Positions 47,328-59,600 of a stretch of 64,000 nt of DNA are shown one piece after another. Positions within the stretch are counted from its first letter, which is position 1. Each line of letters starts with the position of its first letter. The notes under the pieces are model-generated. The model was not told the origin of the DNA, made no database searches, and saw only the letters and a program-made list of their open reading frames with translations. A program made the position numbers and the translations under genes. The stretch is from Camelus dromedarius (Eukaryota), in contig NC_087436.1 in assembly GCF_036321535.1 (NCBI RefSeq), positions 82,708,001-82,772,000 on the forward strand, read 5' to 3'.

Positions 47328-49869
47328 GTAAGTATAAAAATTAATTTTCCTTCCCACCCATTACAATTAAAAGGGAATCAAATTTAAGTATGAAACACCT
47401 AAATTCAACTCTCACTAAAATTCAGCCAGGAAGATCACCTACTATAAACAGTTTGTTTTTAATATAATAAAATAAAATGTATTCCTAAGTTTTCTTTTAA
47501 AGCAGAGGTACACACACACACAGCAAACTCATTTGGGTTCAGGCTAGAATGATATAATTAAAGCAAACACCATAGCACACTGAGTTTAGGTATTTTTGGC
47601 TAATTCACCAACAAAAGTGGACAATTTTATCAATAGTTAACAATTAGGTCAGTGATAAGGCCACTAACTGCCATACTATAGTTGTCATATAGCTGTTTTA
47701 CTGTCATATAGCTATTTCACACTGAATAATTTAGAGTCCTTTAAGAGGGACTTAAGAAGAAAAAATTGACTCATGAACAGCAGACACCATTAAAATAAAA
47801 ATTCCTGACAATCAATGGCTTGCTGAAGATTTTCCCAGACTTTGACTTGTGTGGTTCACTAGAACAATACATCACGTGTTGGAGCATTACTCTAGTGAAA
47901 ATGTCACTCGAGAACTGCACAGGAAAGAGAGAAATTCATGAAGTGAACTGAAAAGCTTGTGAGAAAGGCAAAACATCCTCAAAATTTGTAAACAAACAAA
48001 CAAAAAATAACTACACACTAAAAATAAGAGTTTCTGTTTTTACTGGGTTACCTGTGAAGAGGGTTCTGAAAACTGGAGGGTGTGGTGCTGATCTTAAATA
48101 GACAACAAGCCAGAATTGTGCTATTTTTATTACTACATAGTTTGGGTTCAGGGCACCAATTATGCACCATCTGACCCAGGACTCCTGAGACATGAAAAGC
48201 AGTCAGGATGCTGAAAACGGTGCCTCAGCACAGTGGCTTGGCATAGCATCTTACCATATGTTGGGCTAACCCATCTCTAACTCATACAGTGATAGGAAAT
48301 GATCATCTTAAAGTATTTCTAGCACCATAATAATTATGGGGAATGTGTGTGGCCACAGAAATATGAGCACAAATGATACAAAGGTTGGGGGCTTTCAGAA
48401 TTGCCTTCCATTCCTTGGTTTGCCCACAAATAAACAGTGCTCATTTGAAGCTTTGTTGTCTTTCTTAAACGAAATGGAAATGACAATAAATTTAAGTTTC
48501 TGATTACCCCCTCAACTTTTCTAAAATATCATATACTTAGAGATATTCCCACCTAGAAACTTTTATAGATACAGATGTGTGGCCCAGTGCAAATGTCTGT
48601 AGAGAAAGGATATTAGGAGAAGTTATATTTTTCCTTACTGATAGACCCAAAGCTCACAGATTCTTGAGGAGATCTTTAATACACAAAATTTCCACAGATC
48701 ATATGCAGACAGGTCTACCTCAACCAATGTAGAATCTGTAAATAAGAGAGCTGTTTTCAGGTAGAATCCAATAACACATATCTCCCAATCCAACAGTCTG
48801 ATCTAGTGTTTATGATCTGTTGTCTTACTTTACAAAGTTTGATTTCTAAGGTTTCTCCCCTTATGTGTCTACTTTTATGTTTCCATAGCTCTTTATTATT
48901 TATTTTCTTAAGCCTTGTTAAGTATTTAGTGCCCAAATTCTCACCCCAAAATGCATTAAGCTTCATTGGCTTTAAAATTCATATTTTATCCAAACAAATA
49001 GAAGCAGTTCCAACAGAACCTTATGCTTTATTCACCTCTGGGCTAGGGAAGGCACAACCATTAAGGTCTTGGCAGTGGAAGAGCAGGTCTAATTATTCTC
49101 TTTTCCACCCAAGGTTATTCTTGGCTCCAGGGCACAAGCATTCCCTTTCCCTGGGCGGATGGTGTGGCCACCTGAAGAATGAGCCCAAGGCGGGGAGCCC
49201 TGAGCAGGGTTGGGACAGAAGTGTTTTCTCTGATCTCTGACCCTAAGGTCCTTCTGCAGTTGTATTTTCTAAGATCCAGGGTACTTAAATGAGTCACCAG
49301 AATCAAAGATAAATCTGCAGGACAGAAAATGACAGAATCTTAAGTTGGGTATCTACTTGTATACTTAGTGTCATTAAGAAGTGGTTGCAGAAAAGGAAGG
49401 AAAATCTAATTTGGGCCAACATTGGGACAGATGAAGCATCTCCACTACTGTCTTAAAGGCTCAGATAACAGATGTTTAGATATACATTTCCTTTTAAAAA
49501 GTAGCAAAGTTCATTAACTTACAATTTTATTTTTATATACAGACTTTAATTTATTCTCATTCAATATTGAGCTTTTTAGAGAAATAGTACTCATACATTT
49601 CTTATGTGAGTAGATGAATTTTCCTCTTATATAACTATATATATATACACACACACACATACACTTCATTGAGGGATTAGCTTTAATTAGATTAAAATAT
49701 ACTAAAAATTACACGCAAATTTAATTTCAAGTCAAATTCCAATTTAAGTTCACCAGGAGAACTCATTATTTAAGAAAATCATCCAGTAACAACTTATATT
49801 TTATGATAAGCTTAGTCCTCACTTCATTCATATAATCATAAAGAAAATAAAACAATGAGATCTATGTCT

Positions 49870-49990
49870 TAGCCCAAGATTTGTCTTGAACTGATTGGAG
49901 AAGTCACAACTATTGTGGATTTCAGATTCCTTCTCTGTAAAATCAAGAAATTGGACCAGATAATCCTCTTGTTCTCTCAGAGCTAAGCCA
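49870..49990 (-). mobile_element. MIR-family fragment in IBSP intron 4
   Basis: tttcagattccttctctgtaaaatcaagaaattggaccagataatc. Confidence 0.6.
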
Positions 49991-50241
49991 CACTGTGATT
50001 CATTGCTCTAGTTTTCACATAGAATATGTTTCAACATATTGTTAATGCTTTCGAGGTTGAAAATGGAGCATTTCAATGCATATCTTGATCACTGTAAGAT
50101 GCCCTTCTCTCTAACCTCATTTTATTTATGTCCAATCCCCTCATATCTTTCTCACAGCAGCATGAGGACTATCCTAAGTAAATAAATGTATGTACATATA
50201 TATTCATACACATATGGATTCATGTATACATATTTTTTTAG

Positions 50242-50304
50242 AGCAGCAGTGACTCATCTGAAGAAAACGGAGATGGTGATAGCTCAGAAGAGGAGGAAGA
50301 AGAG
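50242..50304 (+). CDS. IBSP: IBSP exon 5: SSSDSSEENGDGDSSEEEEEE (first poly-Glu tract)
   Basis: ttttag acceptor and gtaagg donor; 63 nt, phase 0. Confidence 0.97.
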
Positions 50305-51959
50305 GTAAGGAATTTCTGCAGGTTTTTTCATAACCAGGCTGCACAAAAAACAAATAGGAAACTAGTCTCCTGTACTCCAGACTCAGCAAATAACCATCGC
50401 CAGCTTACCAACTGCCCACAGTCTTCTATTTTGGACAAATGGAATGTTATTTAAATTAAAACTAACTAAAATGACCTGTTTAAAACACTATTGCAGTTTG
50501 GGGTTAAAGTTACCTGTTCGTGGTACACAAATACAAAAGTGTCTCTATTTTAAGTGGAAGAAATATAAATTCTGATCAAAAAAAGAAGTGTTATTTATAT
50601 TTAGGTGGATTGAGCATGATAGTAAAAGACAAATACACAATAATCCTAAACTCAGCGCAATACTTGTTTTAAGGACTAAACTTGAAAAATTCAATTTAAT
50701 AAGTGGGTAGTATATGAAAGCTAATCTTACATCCTCTACAATGTTATTGTGATTCATCCGCCTTTCTGGACTCATAAAGTAGTTCTTTTCTACTTGTTCT
50801 TCCTAATTGGAATTTCATGTCTTTTTGCCTAATAATAAAATTCATGTTTTCATAGAAATGGAAATAATCAAGATGTACAGATACCTTACTATACAGTGCT
50901 ACAAATTAGTGTCGTTTGTGGCTAAAATTCATCCATATAACTTGGAAATGGTGCTAACGTGTTTATAACTGACACTCTTGCCCATGGAAACATACTAATT
51001 AGGTACATTTTTCTGGATAGTCAATTATAGCCACCCACTGGTTTAGGAACCTTCTAAATTCAGGTATTCTTAGATGCTATTTATGAAGGGACAATGACAG
51101 TCCAAATGGATCATGGGTAAACGTCTACTGTCCTGAAAACAAAGTGGTGTGGGAAGTTTAAAAGTGACAAATAATTAGTTTGATATTTTTAAAAACCATT
51201 TTATGTTACTTTTAGTAACATTTTCAGTACCATAATTTACCCCAATAGCTTTTAAAGGAAGACCTTACAAGAATGTTGTCAGTACCAAGAAAAATGCCAC
51301 CTACTAAATCCCACAAAATTTTGCCTGGAGTTCCACATAATAATCTTACTCAAGAGCTAAACTAGGGTAATCCATTTCACTACAGCTGTTTGCCGTACAA
51401 TGACTGCAAAATTGCCTTGCCAGCTAGACTTCCCAACTAGACTGCGTACCTTTTGGCACTGGTTCTTCATTTGTTGTGATGGTGGACTCTGATGAAATCC
51501 CACATACTTAATATTTTGCCAACAATCTCTGAACATTTATGGTCCTCCCAGCACTCATCTGCAAACTGCATGACCCAGGAGACTAGAGACCTCGGGTTAC
51601 AATCCCTGCTTTGAGGAGGAGCAGTGCTGTACCCTCACTGCCTCGCCCAGTTTCTTGTACACATATAGTGCCCAGTAAATGTTTGCTGGTTTGGTTTTGA
51701 AACTTCAGAGGGCACTTATTAAATGCTCCAAAGACCATTTATTCAAAGTGATAACAGAAAACCAAATGAATAAAACTGGGAATTGCCCATCCTGAAGAGA
51801 GTTTAAAACCTCTCTGTTTCACCATTTCTTCCCTAAAATTTCATTGGCAATTCAGGTTAAATAGAGTCCCTAAGAATTATAGTCCCATGAGAAGGTGCTT
51901 AGGCATATTTTCTATTTAAAGATAATACATTTTTCCTACTCCTAAATTATTCAGTTTCA

Positions 51960-52600
51960 CTTTTTAAAAACTTTTATTGAAATATAATGTACCTAATAAC
52001 ACAATTATCATAAGTGTACAGATGACTGAAATTTCAAAAATTGAACACTCAAGAGTAACCGGCCCCCGTATAAAAAAAGCAGCACATGCTTTGTGCTCCA
52101 TTGCATTCATTAACCATCTCCACCACAGGCAACTGCTATGTTGACTCCTAAAATGTAGATTGCTCTTGACTCTTTTTGTGTTATACATGGAATCGCACAG
52201 CGCCTACTCTTCTGCGTGTGGCCTCTTCCACTCTCAGCTTCAGCGGTTGACCCATTTGGTTCTATAGCTGTAAATCGTTCATTCTCATTGTGAGTGTTTT
52301 ATTATGCAAATGTACCACAATGTGTTATTCTTCTGTTGATGGGCATCTGGGGAGTTTTCAGGTCTGGGCTATGACAGAAAAGCACTTCTGTGAACATTCT
52401 AGTCCTCCTTCTTGGTGAACATATGAAATGTCCACACTTCAAACAGTCTGCTTATGTTCAACCTGACGAGATGCGACCAAACAGTTTCCCAAAGCTGATA
52501 CACTGATGTAAACTCCCAACGTCTGCATACGCGCCTTACGGTGGCTCTGCATTCTCACCAACGCTTGTTCCTTTCAGTATTTTTAGCCATTCTAGGGGGC
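51960..52600 (-). mobile_element. L1ME/MD-type 3' end in IBSP intron 5
   Basis: ttttattgaaatataatgtacc...aagtgtacagatgactgaaatttc; ctgttgatgggcatctgggg; aaacagtttcccaaagctg; cattctcaccaac. Confidence 0.8.
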
Positions 52601-52739
52601 TAATAACACTTTCTAAGCACACATTATTTGTCTATTCAAAAAGATATATAAGGCCTAATACCCATCAAAAGACTGACCTATTTTCCTTTTTAACTCACTG
52701 CAGCAGGACATCATTAAATAAAGTACTAGGACAAGAGAG

Positions 52740-52930
52740 GGTGTCATAGGAGAAAACGTAGAATCCTATTAGTTGGGAGTTCAGGACTGCAGTCATGACT
52801 CAGCCGCAAATGAACTGCCATCTCTTTGACCTCATCCAAGTCATTTATCCCATTGGACTTCAGGTTTTTCATGGAGTAAGAGCGCAGGTCCCAGCCTGTA
52901 TCTTCTCCTTCTCTAAGCATCTTTCTGCCT
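52740..52930 (-). mobile_element. MIR in IBSP intron 5
   Basis: tgacctcatccaagtcatttatcccattggacttcaggtttttc. Confidence 0.55.
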
Positions 52931-53789
52931 TCTCCCCCGAAAAGGTTAGCCTGTTGGACTAAAGCATATAAACATGAAAAAAACAAATAAACAGTATGGT
53001 GTTTGTGGGATATTTGACACAATTAGCTTGGAGACTGTTTTGGGGTGGACTCTACTACTCCCAAGAGTTCATTGAAAACAGTGGAATTACAAACCTAGAG
53101 AAACAAACACAGTCTTCTTTAGTTACTTTGTTTTAGTAATAAGGTAGGCTAAATCTGGGTTTTGTTTGTTTTTAAAGTCTTAAAATATAGGCTGCCTAGT
53201 TTAAAGTTATCCTAACATCACAATCCTTTAAAAGTACACTGAAATAAATTCAACTTTCTAGTACTCATTTAAAGTAAGTAAATTCTTTGTATGAATTCCT
53301 GACTTTAAATATTAGCAATGAATTACATTGGGAAATTAATTCAATCAACAATTGCCTAACAACATGGAGTAAAGGCAAAAGAATAAAATGTTAAAGATGA
53401 TAGTAACATTCAGTTGAGGAGTGGTAATTTTTTTTAAAAAATCTTCATGCAATAACATAATAATATCACTAAGGATTTCTTGATGTGTTTAGTTTCTTCA
53501 TTGCACAGAAAAATTGTATGTCAAATGCCTGAAATCTTTTGAATACTTCACACAGCACAGAACTGGCTTATATATCGGCAGATGGATTTTGAATTTAATA
53601 TATCTTTTTTTTTCTTTAAAAGCTCCTGAAAATAAATGAAATACATTCACTTCTTTTTGGTAGAAAATAAGACATGCAATCAATTTGTTTGAAGACAGGG
53701 GTTTCTATAAAAAATCCCTTCCTGAAAAAATAGCCTAGGTGTAGTGTAGACAATTCACATAAATCCTAAACATCATAGAAACTGTCCTG

Positions 53790-54010
53790 GTGTAATAGAA
53801 AGGCTCACCTTTTTTTAGTTAGAAAGATACAGTTTCATCACTTAGTATGAGACTTTGAACACGTTATTTAACTTATCTGAGTTCACTTTCCTTTTCTAAA
53901 GAGTGTGAGTAATAATTCTACCTTACAAGGCTGCTAAAAGGAATAAAAAATAGGTATAAAGTTCTCAGCTGATTTGTCAGCAAATACAATAATTAACGTA
54001 CTATCATGTC
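53790..54010 (-). mobile_element. MIR in IBSP intron 5
   Basis: gactttgaacacgttatttaacttatctgagttcactttcc...aataattctaccttacaaggctgct. Confidence 0.65.
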
Positions 54011-54349
54011 ATGTAGTTATTCACAAGACTTCAAGGGCCTAAGCCATGTATGGTATGACACCATACAGTCAGATACGCTGAAACTATTACACAAATATTT
54101 TTGAAATGATTAAATACAACTTAGAAATATCTAAAACACACTACAGTGAAGTAAATACGATGAGAAAACGGAACTGAGTTCTGAGAAGTGAAAGGTGCAA
54201 ACGGCGTAAGAGGAAGCAGAATTGTAACATCGGGTGAGAAACTGGCTGAGGGATATGGAGCATTTTTCCAGTAATGGTTCATGATTCCAGCAAATCTTGA
54301 GTTATCTTCTGGCTAAAATAACTTTTCTTGCTCTGGACATTTCCCCCAG

Positions 54350-54523
54350 GAGACTTCAAATGAGGAAGAAAACAATGAAGAGAATGAAGATTCTGATGCA
54401 AATGAAGACGAAGATTCTGAGGCTGAGAACGCCACCCTTTCCACTACCACGCTTGGCTATGGAGAGGAGATCACACCTGGAACTGGGAATATAGGTCTGG
54501 CTGGCATCCAACTTCCCAAGAAG
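54350..54523 (+). CDS. IBSP: IBSP exon 6: ETSNEEENNEENEDSDANEDEDSEAENATLSTTTLGYGEEITPGTGNIGLAGIQLPKK
   Basis: ccccag acceptor and gtaaca donor; 174 nt; NAT sequon; ends QLPKK as in BSP. Confidence 0.97.
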
Positions 54524-55091
54524 GTAACAACTCCTCCAAAATGTTGAATCTGACCTCATTTCTTTACTGAAGTCTGAGGTTATCCTGACACTATACACAG
54601 AGTATTTTATACTATCTTCGTTAATTCGTGAAAAAGTAAGAACAGGTACAACGCCCTTATTTACAAATAAGAAAGATCTTCTTCCAGGCAAGTCCTCTCC
54701 CCATGTTGTTACACTGACTTTCAGCACTATCACAGAACACTAAGGACGAGCACTGTAGCAAAGGATATAAGGTCCCGAGAGATGCCATTGCATGTCAGGG
54801 GAGAGGATTCCGAGACAGAGAAAGTGAGCAGCAAAGCTATAGAAAGCATCTCCCACAGAGAAGACGTACTTACCAGGTTTCTTTCTCTCTGCCAAAACCC
54901 AATGATAACGGCACTGATTCAGAATTTTTAACCCCCCTTCCCCCACTAATTCTTTTGTAAGTTTAATCGGCTTCAGTTCAAAAGTCCACATAGAGCAAGG
55001 CTGACAGCACAGCCTGTGTTGGACAAAGTATGGCCTTAAGTTCTCTGTTTTACACACCTAGATTTGGATTCTTTCAAACTTTTTCTTACAG

Positions 55092-55628
55092 GCTGGGAAT
55101 ATAGGAAAGAAGGCTACAAAAGAGGAGGAAAGTGATGAAGAAGAGGAGGAAGAGGAAGAAAATGAAAACGAAGAAAATGAAGCAGAAGTGGACGATAATG
55201 AGCAAGTCACCAACGGCACCAGCACCAACAGCACAGAGGTGGACTCTGGCAACGGCAGCAGCGGTGGGGACCGTGGAGAGGAAGAGGGCGTCACTGATGC
55301 CAGCGCCAAAGGAACCACAGTGGCTGGAGGGCAGGGCAACGGTGGCTCTAAGGTCACCACCTCTCCAAATGGCAGGTTTGTGCCTACGCCTCCACCCGGG
55401 GAGGTCCATGGGACCACCCCGCCCCCAGCTGGGAAAACCACCACCCCGGGATACGAGGAGTACGAACAAACAGGCACCAGTGAGTATGACACTGGATATG
55501 AAATCTACGAAAATGAGAATGGGGACCCACGTGGGGACAATTTCCGAGCCTATGAGGATGAGTACAGCTACTACAAAGGGCGTGGCTACGACAGCTATGA
55601 CGGTCAAGATTACTCCTACCACCAGTGA
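55092..55628 (+). CDS. IBSP: IBSP exon 7 coding part: second poly-Glu (E8), NGT/NST/NGS sequons, RGD at 55530-55538, Tyr-rich C-terminus ending DYSYHQ, TGA stop
   Basis: ttacag acceptor; in frame with ORF 55188..55628; total CDS 957 nt = 318 aa. Confidence 0.98.
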   Translation, partial: AGNIGKKATKEEESDEEEEEEEENENEENEAEVDDNEQVTNGTSTNSTEVDSGNGSSGGDRGEEEGVTDASAKGTTVAGGQGNGGSKVTTSPNGRFVPTPPPGEVHGTTPPPAGKTTTPGYEEYEQTGTSEYDTGYEIYENENGDPRGDNFRAYEDEYSYYKGRGYDSYDGQDYSYHQ

Positions 55629-56165
55629 GGGCCCAGACCGGGGCGGACTCACCCGCGCTGGCGTCATGCGTGGCTACCGTTTTCCAAGTTCAACTCAGGA
55701 AGGTGCAATACAACAAATGTGCATATTATAACGTGGAATGGTGCTGCTGTTCCAAAGTGGCTCTCTGCAGTTGCTTCTGCAGGTGATGGGCTTCCTGTTG
55801 CTTTTCCCTGGTATGTTATTGAAAGGTTGTAAATCAGGGTCGTTGGTCAAGTGGTAAACCAGTGCATGAGACCGAGTGAGACTGAATGTTTTGAGGTTGT
55901 AGTTCTATAAATAGTATTTTAATGTGTTTGCACTAACTGCTAAAACATACTCTTTGTGCAAGAAGTGCTTCTTAGAAGAGATTCACTGACATTATTAGTA
56001 ACACTGTATACAATAAATGTGTAGTTCTTTAATCGCGTTACCTAACCATCACTGTATATTAGGTTTAATAATCATCCTCATGTATTTTTATGTGACCTGT
56101 ATGTATATTCTATCAATGGGTTTTATCACAAATAAAAATGCAATCCTTCAAATGTGTTATAATTA
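55629..56165 (+). other. IBSP: IBSP 3'UTR with AATAAA at 56012-56017 and 56131-56136; predicted mRNA ~1.6 kb
   Basis: Signals seen directly; text matches the recalled human IBSP 3'UTR up to ...caaatgtgttataattaa. Confidence 0.8.
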
Positions 56166-56369
56166 AGAAGAAAAATGAGAGATTTAGAACTGAAAAAGGT
56201 GAGACCAGTGGGAGGACAATTCAGCTAAAGGATGGAAGCTTATTTCCACTACGGTTTAAAACTCAGAAGGACTGAGCCATTTCCTCATGGATAGGTCAAC
56301 ATAACTAAGATTTTGACATGCTTGTGGGCTGGGTCCACCATACATATTGGGGGAATAAATGGCTTTTAT

Positions 56370-56577
56370 TGGCGTTGCCAAATTTGACAAATAAAAATGT
56401 AGGATGCCTAGTGAAGTTTGAATCTCAGATAAACAATGAATAATGTTTTAGTATACATATGCTCCATGCAGTATCTGGCCTTTGTGAAGTATTGGGGACA
56501 TATTTCTGCTAAATTAAGGATTCACTGCCTAAAATTCAAGTTTGACTGAATGTCCTGTGGTATACCTGGCAACCCTA
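56370..56577. mobile_element. Palindromic hAT MITE (MER53-like)
   Basis: gttgccaaatttgacaaataaaaatgtaggatgcctagtgaagtttgaatctcagataaacaatgaataa ... aaattcaagtttgactgaatgtcctgtggtatacctggcaacccta; inverted arms; candidate 8-bp TSD CTTTTATT/CTCCTATT. Confidence 0.85.
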
Positions 56578-56999
56578 CTCCTATTTGATTTGGTTTTAGG
56601 TGGAAGAGAGATGGGATGGGGTAGAAAACTCTTACACATACACATCAACTCATCATCTCCTAACTTTTTACTTTGAAAAATACCAAGCCTTCAGGAAAGT
56701 TAGAAGATGAGGATGTGAGCATGTAGATTCACCTGTGGTGAACCTTTTGCCGTATTTACATGATCACTTTCCATTTCTGTGTGCCTCTCTTCATCTTCAT
56801 CTACTTCTTTGCCAAACCATTAATGATTGAAGACATCGTGGCATCACAATGCTTCACCCCTCAATACTTCAGCACTTAGCATTAGAACAAGGAATTCTCC
56901 TACAGAGCCACCATATCATTCTCATTCTCAAGAAATTTCACATAAATAGGATAATATTTTCTAATATACAGTCCTTACTAAAAATTTCCCAGGTATTCC

Positions 57000-57190
57000 A
57001 ACAATGTCACTTATTGCTAACTCATTTAATCCTCACAAAACTCTGTCAGGTAGGTACTATTATTCTCCATGTTATTGATGAAGGGACCAAGGCATGAAGA
57101 GGTTAAGCAGCTGGCACCAGGTCACAACAGCAAAGCTGAGGTTAAAACAGAGGCAGACTGGCTTTAGAATCTGTTCTCTTGACCATTAGC
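57000..57190 (+). mobile_element. MIR SINE
   Basis: tcatttaatcctcacaaaactctgtcaggtagg...gaagaggttaagcagctggcaccaggtcacaacagc. Confidence 0.75.
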
Positions 57191-57930
57191 GTATATATTC
57201 ATCAGGAATGGACGTTGAGCCAGGAGTGGGCAGGAAGTCTCTAATGATGAGAACATTGCTGAAAAATAAGCCTCGTCCTCTATCACAATTTTCTATGCCA
57301 GCTGTGTTTCTATACCAGCTGTGTTTTATGACTTGAGCTCTAAAGAAAATTTTCAAAGCAAAGATCCTCTGATATTTTTGGTGTACCTTTCTGTATAGAC
57401 TGCTTGGCATTGTGCAAGTGCATGAGCTCTGGAGTTTGGTGAGCTTGAATAATGGTGCTACTGAGAGTAAATGAATTTTCTTTCCCACTCTTTGTTCCCG
57501 CATCTCCTACATAAGGAGTGTATGCAGCAGCTTGCTGTTCAGAGTCTGACATGTTATGAGCTGTTCAGCGCATCACATCTCTCCTCTCCAGCCCCTTCTT
57601 TTCCATCTTAATACTTATTGTATTGTAACAGAATTACCTGGCCATAAAAATTGTCTTTTGGAAACTCACAGAACATTTCCCCCTTGTCCTAATGCATCTT
57701 TGTAAGCAAAAGCTTTTGATGAGATGGAGGCCTTGGGAACAACATGACAAATACTATATATTAGGCAATATAGATAATCTGTACTGTTTATCTGTGACAT
57801 TGTCACAGACTATCTCAATATAGGATACAATCATCAAATCTTAGATTTAGGAAGGATGTCTGAGCTCTCTGAACTTTATCAATATTTTGAAGTTACTCAT
57901 TTTTATATAGCAAAATCAGTTAATTTTTTC

Positions 57931-57965
57931 TATTATTATTATTATTAATTATTATTATTATTATT
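57931..57965. repeat. Interrupted (TAT)n microsatellite
   Basis: tattattattattattaattattattattattatt seen directly. Confidence 0.9.
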
Positions 57966-58959
57966 TGCTTTTAACCTGTAATGTGGGCATCCACTCCCCA
58001 GTATCCTAGCTCAGGGATTTGAGCTCGTTTACTTCAGTCCCTGAGCGTGGAATGGTAACTATTCTCTACCATTGCTCCAAGCATCTAGGAGTCTCCTTTA
58101 TAGGAGTGGCTCTTTTTAAAAGGAGAACTGTGCCAAGGCATTCACTTGGGGGTATGCAATGGAAGCAGAGGAAAGATTTACAGCTTAGTCTGGACACCAG
58201 CACAAATGGGTACTCAGATGGTGAGGCCCGTGGACCACCAACTCCCCAGGGCCTAGATGGAGGCAACGTGACATTCCTGGATGAAGACTGAGGGATGGGA
58301 TGATGAGGGCTATGATTGAACTCTGCCCCTAGGCACCCTAACGCTGCCCCTCCCAGTTCTCTCAGCCATGTCATGCCGTATCTTCTGCATGGAAGCATCC
58401 TCTTGAAATACTTTTCCTACTTAGAACTAGAGTTCCAGTCTCTTCCTGCCATTCTAGCCAGCTAGCCTCCCTGGCCTCTTGCTCCAAATTCCCTTTGACC
58501 TTCCCCAGCAGAACTCCCTCTTCTGTAATCTCTCATAGCATCCATTGATGGCCTATCTGGAAGAAACTTGACAAGAATTCAGATTATTAGAAAAGAAAGG
58601 GGAACATTTTTATTCTTCCCAGAGAAAGATAATCCTTCCCCCAAGAATGAATCAAATGACTCCTTCTCCCCCCTTTAAATGGAGAAGAGATAAAAAGTGA
58701 AATAAACTATGCTTATGTTGAGGGTGGTGGAGGTGATGAAGTTGGTTATTTATGTTCTCTGACACATAGAAAATTCTTTTGTCCTCGTTTAAATGCAGAA
58801 ACCAACTTGTAAGTGTCTCAGAGCTCCTAGGTGCCTGTTAATATCTGTTCTCCTCTCTTTCTCTGAGTAACAGAACCCTGGTTTTTTATCTAAGCTGGTG
58901 CCTACAGAATAAATTCTAATTTCTTCCGCTTCCCTTGGAGCTAGATGTGTCCATTTGAT

Positions 58960-59253
58960 TTATGTTCTGGCCACATCATGGGTACATTTCTTGTTTGTCT
59001 CCCTCAAGAGAAGTATTATTCTCTCGCTCTTTTTCTCATTTCTCCCTCCTGCTGGCTGGAATTCAGCCACGGCAGTGAGCCATCTACGACGTGGAACAAC
59101 AATCTGTGGATGGCAAGGTAGCTCGATACAAAAGGTCTGGCTTTAAGGAGCGCCACACCAGCCCTCGACATCTGACTTCCGGAGATAAACTTCCATTTTT
59201 TTAAGCCACTTTGATTGTGGGTCTCTGTTCTTTATCTGAAAATTACATCGTAA
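58960..59253 (+). mobile_element. MaLR LTR 3' part (MLT1I-K-like)
   Basis: ctccctcctgctggctggaat...ccacaccagccctcgac...ataaacttccattttttaagccact. Confidence 0.6.
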
Positions 59254-59255
59254 CC

Positions 59256-59406
59256 CAGTAGTGCCCGAAATGTAGCCATCAAAACTGTAGCATCAGCATC
59301 ACCGGAGAACTCGCTAGAAATGCAAATTCTGGAGTTCCATCCAAGATCTTCAGAATCAGAAACAGAAGATGGACTGTTTGAGAACCTTCAAGTTCAAGAA
59401 CCACTA
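59256..59406 (+). mobile_element. hAT-Charlie MITE (MER5A-like, internally deleted)
   Basis: gcatcagcatcaccggagaactcgctagaaatgcaaattct...gaatcagaaac...aagaaccacta. Confidence 0.8.
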
Positions 59407-59414
59407 TTTTCATT

Positions 59415-59600
59415 AGTATAATAGCTAATGCTTATTATGCACTTGCTGCATGCCGGTTGGTCCCTAAGCATTTTACATATATTACTTCATTTAATCCTTA
59501 CACTTACTGGAAGTCAACTCCATTTTACAAGTAAGGACACTGAGTTACAGAGACATTAGTAACCTGCCTGAGATGACAGTGCTGGTTAAGTGGAGCAAAG
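59415..59600 (+). mobile_element. MIR SINE
   Basis: ataatagctaatgcttattatgcacttgc...catttaatcctta...cattttacaagtaaggacactgag. Confidence 0.8.

Noticed and set aside
55058-55667. Long minus-strand ORFs (144 and 193 aa) opposite exon 7
   Set aside because: Low-complexity antisense mirror of Glu/Thr/Gly codons; no promoter, splice or homology support.
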